In this document: positions 59,142 to 64,000 of the stretch, piece after piece
Layout of the letters: every line of letters starts with the position of its first letter
Position numbering within the stretch: the first letter of the stretch is position 1
Origin: Candidatus Latescibacterota bacterium
GTDB lineage: Bacteria; Latescibacterota; UBA2968
DNA: 64,000 nt
NCBI GenBank assembly: GCA_965204375.1
Contig: OZ241986.1
Coordinates: forward strand, 1,600,001-1,664,000
Direction: 5' to 3'
Notes under the pieces: generated by a model
The model's input: the letters and a program-made list of their open reading frames with translations, nothing else
Told to the model about the DNA's origin: nothing
Database searches by the model: none
Made by a program: the position numbers and the translations under genes

Positions 59142-61369
59142 TGGAATCAAATTTTCGTGGCAAGATAGGCATCTCCTACAAGGATTCAGAGCCAGATTGG
59201 CTTTCCCCCCCATCGTCAGACGGTGCTCCAAACGTCCTTGTGATTCTTCTGGATGATACCGGATTCGGCAATCTGGGTTGCTATGGTTCGACAATCGAAA
59301 CACCAAACATGGACGCCCTCGCAGCAAACGGGTTGCGGTACAACAATTTTCATGTCACGCCCCTATGTTCCCCGACCCGAGCATCTCTGTTAACCGGCCG
59401 TAACCACCATGCCGTTGGTATGTCGACGATAGTCGATGGCGGTGATGCTGGGTTTCCCAACTGTCGAAGTCGCGTGAGCCGACACGCGGCAACCCTGGCA
59501 GAGATGCTGAGCGAAGAAGGCTTCGCCACCTTTGCCCTGGGCAAATGGCATCTCAACCCCAGTACACAAAACTCAGCTGGTGGATCTCGTGAAGAATGGC
59601 CATTACAGCGCGGGTTCGATCGCTTCTACGGATTCTTACCCGGTGCAACCGATCAGTTTTATCCAGAACTGACCTATGACAACCACCCTGTATCGCCCCC
59701 AAAAACGCCTGAAGAAGGTTATCACCTCACAGAGGATCTGGTAGATCACGCCATCGAGTTTGTCAATGACCTCAAGGCCATGCGTCCCGAAACACCGTTC
59801 TTCATGTACTTCGCGCCCGGTGCTATGCATAACCCACATCAAGCGCCAAAAGAATACATCGATAAATACAAAGGTCGTTTTGACGAAGGGTGGGACGTTA
59901 TCCGTGAGCGCTATTTTCAAAAGCAAACCGAACTTGGGATTATCCCTGACGGCACTCGCCTGCCACCCAGGAATCCTGGCGTACAGCCCTGGGAAACACT
60001 GAGCCAGAATGAAAAGAATTTCGTGTGCCGGCTGCAGGAAACATGGGCAGGTTTCCTTGAGCATACGGATGCACAAATCGGACGACTGATCGAACATCTG
60101 CGCGCTATTGATCAACTGGATAATACACTCCTGATACTCACCGCCGACAACGGCACCAGCCAAAACGGTGGTCCTTACGGTGTTATGAACATTGGTCCAA
60201 GTCCCCTGCGCAATGCCGCAAACAATGGGCAGACCGTAGGCGGGAAAACCGGTCGCGCTTTACCAGAAGAAGATTTCGATGCCATACAAGAAAAACTGGA
60301 TGACATCGGGAGCCCGCACAGCTACACCGATATCCCCTGGGGTTGGGCTCAGGTGGGCAACACACCCTTGCCATGGTACAAGCAGGATACACATGCGGGC
60401 GGTGTACGCGTGCCGATGATCATTCACTATCCCCCAGCTATAAAAGATGCGGGCGGTGTAAGGGGACAGTTCCACTTCGTTTCAGATCTCACACCAACAA
60501 TACTTGAAGTACTCAATTTACAACCTCGGTCGTGCTACCGTGGATACGATCAGATGCCTATTACGGGAACGAGCATGGCCTACACTTTTGACGACAGAGA
60601 TTGCCCTACGCAAAAACCTGTTCAGTATTTTGAAATGATGGGCAACCGTGCGCTCTGGCTCGACGGCTGGATGGCCGTTACCAGACACGACCCAGACGAC
60701 GATTACAATGATGACGAATGGGAATTGTATTATCTCGATGAAGATTTCTCGCAATCCAATAACCTCGCAAAGGCCGAGCCAGATCAACTGAAAAAGCTGA
60801 TTGAAAGATGGTGGGTAGAAGCCGGACGCTATGGCGTCTTGCCTCTGCGCTCTGGGCTGCCACCGCGCCCGATCACTGCGGAACCCGATTCGCTGACGTA
60901 TCATTTTGTTCCGCCAATGGCTCGCATTGCATCAAAACAATCGCCCGCACTGGAACAGGGAAACTGGTCATTAACTGCCGAAGTTGAGATCCTGCCAGAA
61001 ACCGAAGGCGTCATCTATGCCCAGGGAAAATCCCTCGATGGATTTTCTTTATTCATACAGAATGGCACACTGTGCTTTGTGTATAATGCGCTGGGTCAAA
61101 CAATCTCAGGTCGTTCCACAACGACGCTTCCCAATGGTCGTATTACCGTGGGCGCTGCGTTCAAACCAGCCGACGATGGCACGGGAACCATCACTCTCAC
61201 GGGAGATGGCGAGACAATCGGTTCGATCCAAATTCCAGACGCCACACGCAGGTCAAAGATGCGCGGTGTAGAAGTCGGTCGCAACCGACATTCACCCATC
61301 GCGGGCGTTTCACCTTTTGAATTCACTGGCGTTATCCATTTTGTAGATATATGCGTAGAACTCAGGTGA
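59138..61369 (+). CDS. Arylsulfatase (Cys-type)
   Basis: LLDDTG, LCSPTRASLLTGR, GKWHL, RGFDRFYGF, ADNG. Confidence 0.92.
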   Translation: MMESNFRGKIGISYKDSEPDWLSPPSSDGAPNVLVILLDDTGFGNLGCYGSTIETPNMDALAANGLRYNNFHVTPLCSPTRASLLTGRNHHAVGMSTIVDGGDAGFPNCRSRVSRHAATLAEMLSEEGFATFALGKWHLNPSTQNSAGGSREEWPLQRGFDRFYGFLPGATDQFYPELTYDNHPVSPPKTPEEGYHLTEDLVDHAIEFVNDLKAMRPETPFFMYFAPGAMHNPHQAPKEYIDKYKGRFDEGWDVIRERYFQKQTELGIIPDGTRLPPRNPGVQPWETLSQNEKNFVCRLQETWAGFLEHTDAQIGRLIEHLRAIDQLDNTLLILTADNGTSQNGGPYGVMNIGPSPLRNAANNGQTVGGKTGRALPEEDFDAIQEKLDDIGSPHSYTDIPWGWAQVGNTPLPWYKQDTHAGGVRVPMIIHYPPAIKDAGGVRGQFHFVSDLTPTILEVLNLQPRSCYRGYDQMPITGTSMAYTFDDRDCPTQKPVQYFEMMGNRALWLDGWMAVTRHDPDDDYNDDEWELYYLDEDFSQSNNLAKAEPDQLKKLIERWWVEAGRYGVLPLRSGLPPRPITAEPDSLTYHFVPPMARIASKQSPALEQGNWSLTAEVEILPETEGVIYAQGKSLDGFSLFIQNGTLCFVYNALGQTISGRSTTTLPNGRITVGAAFKPADDGTGTITLTGDGETIGSIQIPDATRRSKMRGVEVGRNRHSPIAGVSPFEFTGVIHFVDICVELR

Positions 61370-61416
61370 GGGACTAATCGGGGAATGATATATGGCTGAA
61401 GTTGTCAATTGGAGGA

Positions 61417-63663
61417 ATGATGGAACATGACAGGCATTTCAATGGGACCATCGGTCGGACCTTTGAAGACTCAACTGCATCATGGATCACGAAACCGACT
61501 GAGTTAAAACAGTCGCCCAACATCGTGATGATTGTGTTAGACGATGTCGGGTATTCACAATTGGGCTGTTATGGTTCTGACATTGAGACACCTGCGCTGG
61601 ACAGTTTGGCAGAAGATGGCTTGCGATATGCCAATTTCCATGTAACCCCACTGTGTTCCCCTACCCGCACTTGCTTGTTGACGGGTCGAAACCATCATAG
61701 TGTCGGTATGGGCCGCGTGACTGAGATGAACAACGGCTTTCCCAATACACGCGGGTTTATTTCCAAAGAAGCCGCCAATCTGGCTGAACTATTGCGACCC
61801 CATGGCTATCAGACCCTCGCCGCAGGCAAATGGCACTTGAATGCCATCGATGACACGAGTCCGGCAGGGGCCTATGATCACTGGCCTTTACAACGTGGCT
61901 TTGACCGCTTCTATGGTTTCCTGGCTGGCGAGACCAACCAGTGGCATCCCGAACTCGTCATGGGCAACGAGCGCATTGAACAGCCACCCACCGAGGGCTA
62001 TCACCTGTCGGAAGATATCGTCGACCAATCTTGCAAATGGCTTCGGCAGTTGGTTTCGGCAGACCCCGACAAACCCTTCTTTCTGTACCTGGCATTTGCG
62101 GCTGGTCACTCACCCCACCACGTGCCACGAGAATTTGCAGACAAATACAAAGGTCGGTTTGACGGTGGCTGGGATGTTGCGCGTGACAAAACCCTAACTC
62201 GACAGAAAGCATTCGGTCTATTGCCTGATGATCAACGTCTCGCCTCGCGGAATGATGGTGTACAACCCTGGAACGAGCTGAGCGCAGATGAGCAACGCCT
62301 TGCATCCAGGTTCAAGGAAGTCTTTGCTGGCTTCATGGAACACACCGATGTTCAAATCGCCCGTTTGCTTGCCCAGTTGGATGCACTCGGTAAACGCGAC
62401 GAAACCATTGTGATCGCCCTTTCTGACAATGGCGCAGCATCTCTGGGTGGTCCTCACGGTAGCTACCATCATCTGCGTTCTCGCATAGGAGATCCACCCA
62501 CAGTTGAGGAAAATCTCGCCCACATTGATGACCTCGGCAGTCCTCTAAGCTATCCCATTTATCCTTCCGGCTGGGCGATGGCGGGCAACACGCCGTTCAA
62601 ACGCTATAAAGGAAATACCTATGCAGGCGGTGTCCGCGCACCGCTGCTCATCCGTTGGCCAGCGGGTATCCAGGCCAAAGGCGAAACGCGGCGACAGTTT
62701 TATCATGTGGTGGATATAACCCCGACCTTGTTAGACCTTCTGGGGCTGGATCTGCCCAATCAGGTGAACGGCATAGAACAAATCCCTTTGCATGGTACGT
62801 CGATGGCTCACACACTGAATGACAATACGGCGGATACCCGAAAAAAAATCCAGTATTTCGAAACGACTGGTCAAAGAGCGATCTGGCACGAAGGCTGGAA
62901 AGCCGTGACCTTCCACACCAGAGGCACCGACTTCGATACAGACGAATGGGAGCTTTATCATTTGGATCAGGACCTGGCCGAGATAGACAACCTGGCAGAT
63001 CAGCATCCTGAAAAATTAAGAGAAATGATCGACCTCTGGTGGCGTGAAGCGAAGCAATACGGCGTCTTACCTCTGGATGATATAGGTGGCAGAAATGGTG
63101 TGGGCTGGTGGCCTGAACCCAAGGATCGCTGGGTATTATACCAGGATGCGGTACTGCCCCACCATTTTAAATCCGGCCCAAGAGTGCTCGGTCTCTCACA
63201 TCGCATTACCGCACGCATTGAACGTAAATCAACGGACGTCGAAGGTACTATTGTCGCCGATGGTGGTCGATTTGGTGGCTGGAGCTTATTCATCCACGAC
63301 AATCGCCTGCACTATACAAACAACCACTCCGGCGATCAAAAACGCATCTCTTCATCAGTGACAATTCCACCGGGCAATGTAACACTTCGTCTTGATGTGG
63401 TGAAAACCGGAGAAGATGAAGGGCGTGCACGTTTCTTCGTAAATGACCAGCCTGCGGGCGAAGGTCTTATATCACCATTTCGCCAATATAACTTTGTCAA
63501 CGAACCCTTTGAAGTGGGGCGAGATAGCCAGACACCCGTTGACGATCACTACAACGCCCCGTTTGTATTCTCAGGCCAAATCGTCGATGTGGTGATCGAG
63601 GCCGTAGGTGAAGAGATCGTGGATCAAAATACCCTGCTTGAAGAACTGATGAGTAGTCAATAG
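61417..63663 (+). CDS. Arylsulfatase (Cys-type), paralogue
   Basis: VLDDVG, LCSPTRTCLLTGR, GKWHL, RGFDRFYGF, SDNG. Confidence 0.92.
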   Translation: MMEHDRHFNGTIGRTFEDSTASWITKPTELKQSPNIVMIVLDDVGYSQLGCYGSDIETPALDSLAEDGLRYANFHVTPLCSPTRTCLLTGRNHHSVGMGRVTEMNNGFPNTRGFISKEAANLAELLRPHGYQTLAAGKWHLNAIDDTSPAGAYDHWPLQRGFDRFYGFLAGETNQWHPELVMGNERIEQPPTEGYHLSEDIVDQSCKWLRQLVSADPDKPFFLYLAFAAGHSPHHVPREFADKYKGRFDGGWDVARDKTLTRQKAFGLLPDDQRLASRNDGVQPWNELSADEQRLASRFKEVFAGFMEHTDVQIARLLAQLDALGKRDETIVIALSDNGAASLGGPHGSYHHLRSRIGDPPTVEENLAHIDDLGSPLSYPIYPSGWAMAGNTPFKRYKGNTYAGGVRAPLLIRWPAGIQAKGETRRQFYHVVDITPTLLDLLGLDLPNQVNGIEQIPLHGTSMAHTLNDNTADTRKKIQYFETTGQRAIWHEGWKAVTFHTRGTDFDTDEWELYHLDQDLAEIDNLADQHPEKLREMIDLWWREAKQYGVLPLDDIGGRNGVGWWPEPKDRWVLYQDAVLPHHFKSGPRVLGLSHRITARIERKSTDVEGTIVADGGRFGGWSLFIHDNRLHYTNNHSGDQKRISSSVTIPPGNVTLRLDVVKTGEDEGRARFFVNDQPAGEGLISPFRQYNFVNEPFEVGRDSQTPVDDHYNAPFVFSGQIVDVVIEAVGEEIVDQNTLLEELMSSQ

Positions 63664-63711
63664 GAGCACGCAAAACATGAACACAGAATCAACACGAGAA
63701 ACGAGGATTGA

Positions 63712-64000
63712 ATGATCTATACCATCCGCACATTTCACGTCCACCGCAAAGACTACGCCGAATTTGTTCGCTTTAGCGAAGAACAGATCTGGCCAGCCAT
63801 CGAAGAAAAAGGAGCGCGTGCACTCGGCCTCTGGGTCGCTGCCATAGGTGGCCCCGAACGCATCTTTCTCATGACGCGATACGACAGCCATGGTCATTGG
63901 GAAGAAACCCGAAACTGGGACAATCTCGCCAATGAAGGCAGTGGACGTGCCGCACTCGTACACGAAACCGAATGTATTTCCCTCTTGCCCCTCACGCAAA
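63712..64000 (+). CDS. NIPSNAP-family protein, runs off window end
   Basis: My translation: MIYTIRTFHV...IWPAIEEKGARALGLW...IFLMTRYDSHGHWEETR; SD GAGGA; absent from ORF track because no stop is reached. Confidence 0.65.
   Translation, partial: MIYTIRTFHVHRKDYAEFVRFSEEQIWPAIEEKGARALGLWVAAIGGPERIFLMTRYDSHGHWEETRNWDNLANEGSGRAALVHETECISLLPLTQ

Overview
Bacterial chromosomal window (standard genetic code; gene content suggests a diderm heterotroph, but taxonomy cannot be fixed from sequence alone). Bases 1-47 kb are mostly housekeeping and envelope genes: pyk 3' end, TamA/TamB, Sfp-type PPTase, a paired ABC exporter plus DUF1854, SppA, two convergent GldA/F/G-like ABC clusters, two tandem TonB-dependent receptors, MobA, PhhB, GH88, PGI, an ArsS-like radical SAM protein, acyP and apt. 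The main finding is at 47095-49611. A tRNA-Arg(CCU) gene is split after anticodon-loop position 38 by an apparently intact 2,444-nt group IIA intron encoding an RT/maturase/HNH protein. The intron's EBS1 loop is complementary to the ligated anticodon arm, so the arrangement parallels plastid trnK/matK. An IS256 element (TIRs, 9-bp TSD, one nonsense codon) is inserted at the tRNA 3' end. It is followed by an island-like stretch carrying a small-protein/nucleotidyltransferase pair, gene relics, a lipoprotein and an overlapping SNF2-helicase + Hsp70/actin-fold gene pair (candidate defence module). The window ends with a PhyH dioxygenase, two arylsulfatases and a partial NIPSNAP gene. All family assignments are from motif recognition, not database searches.
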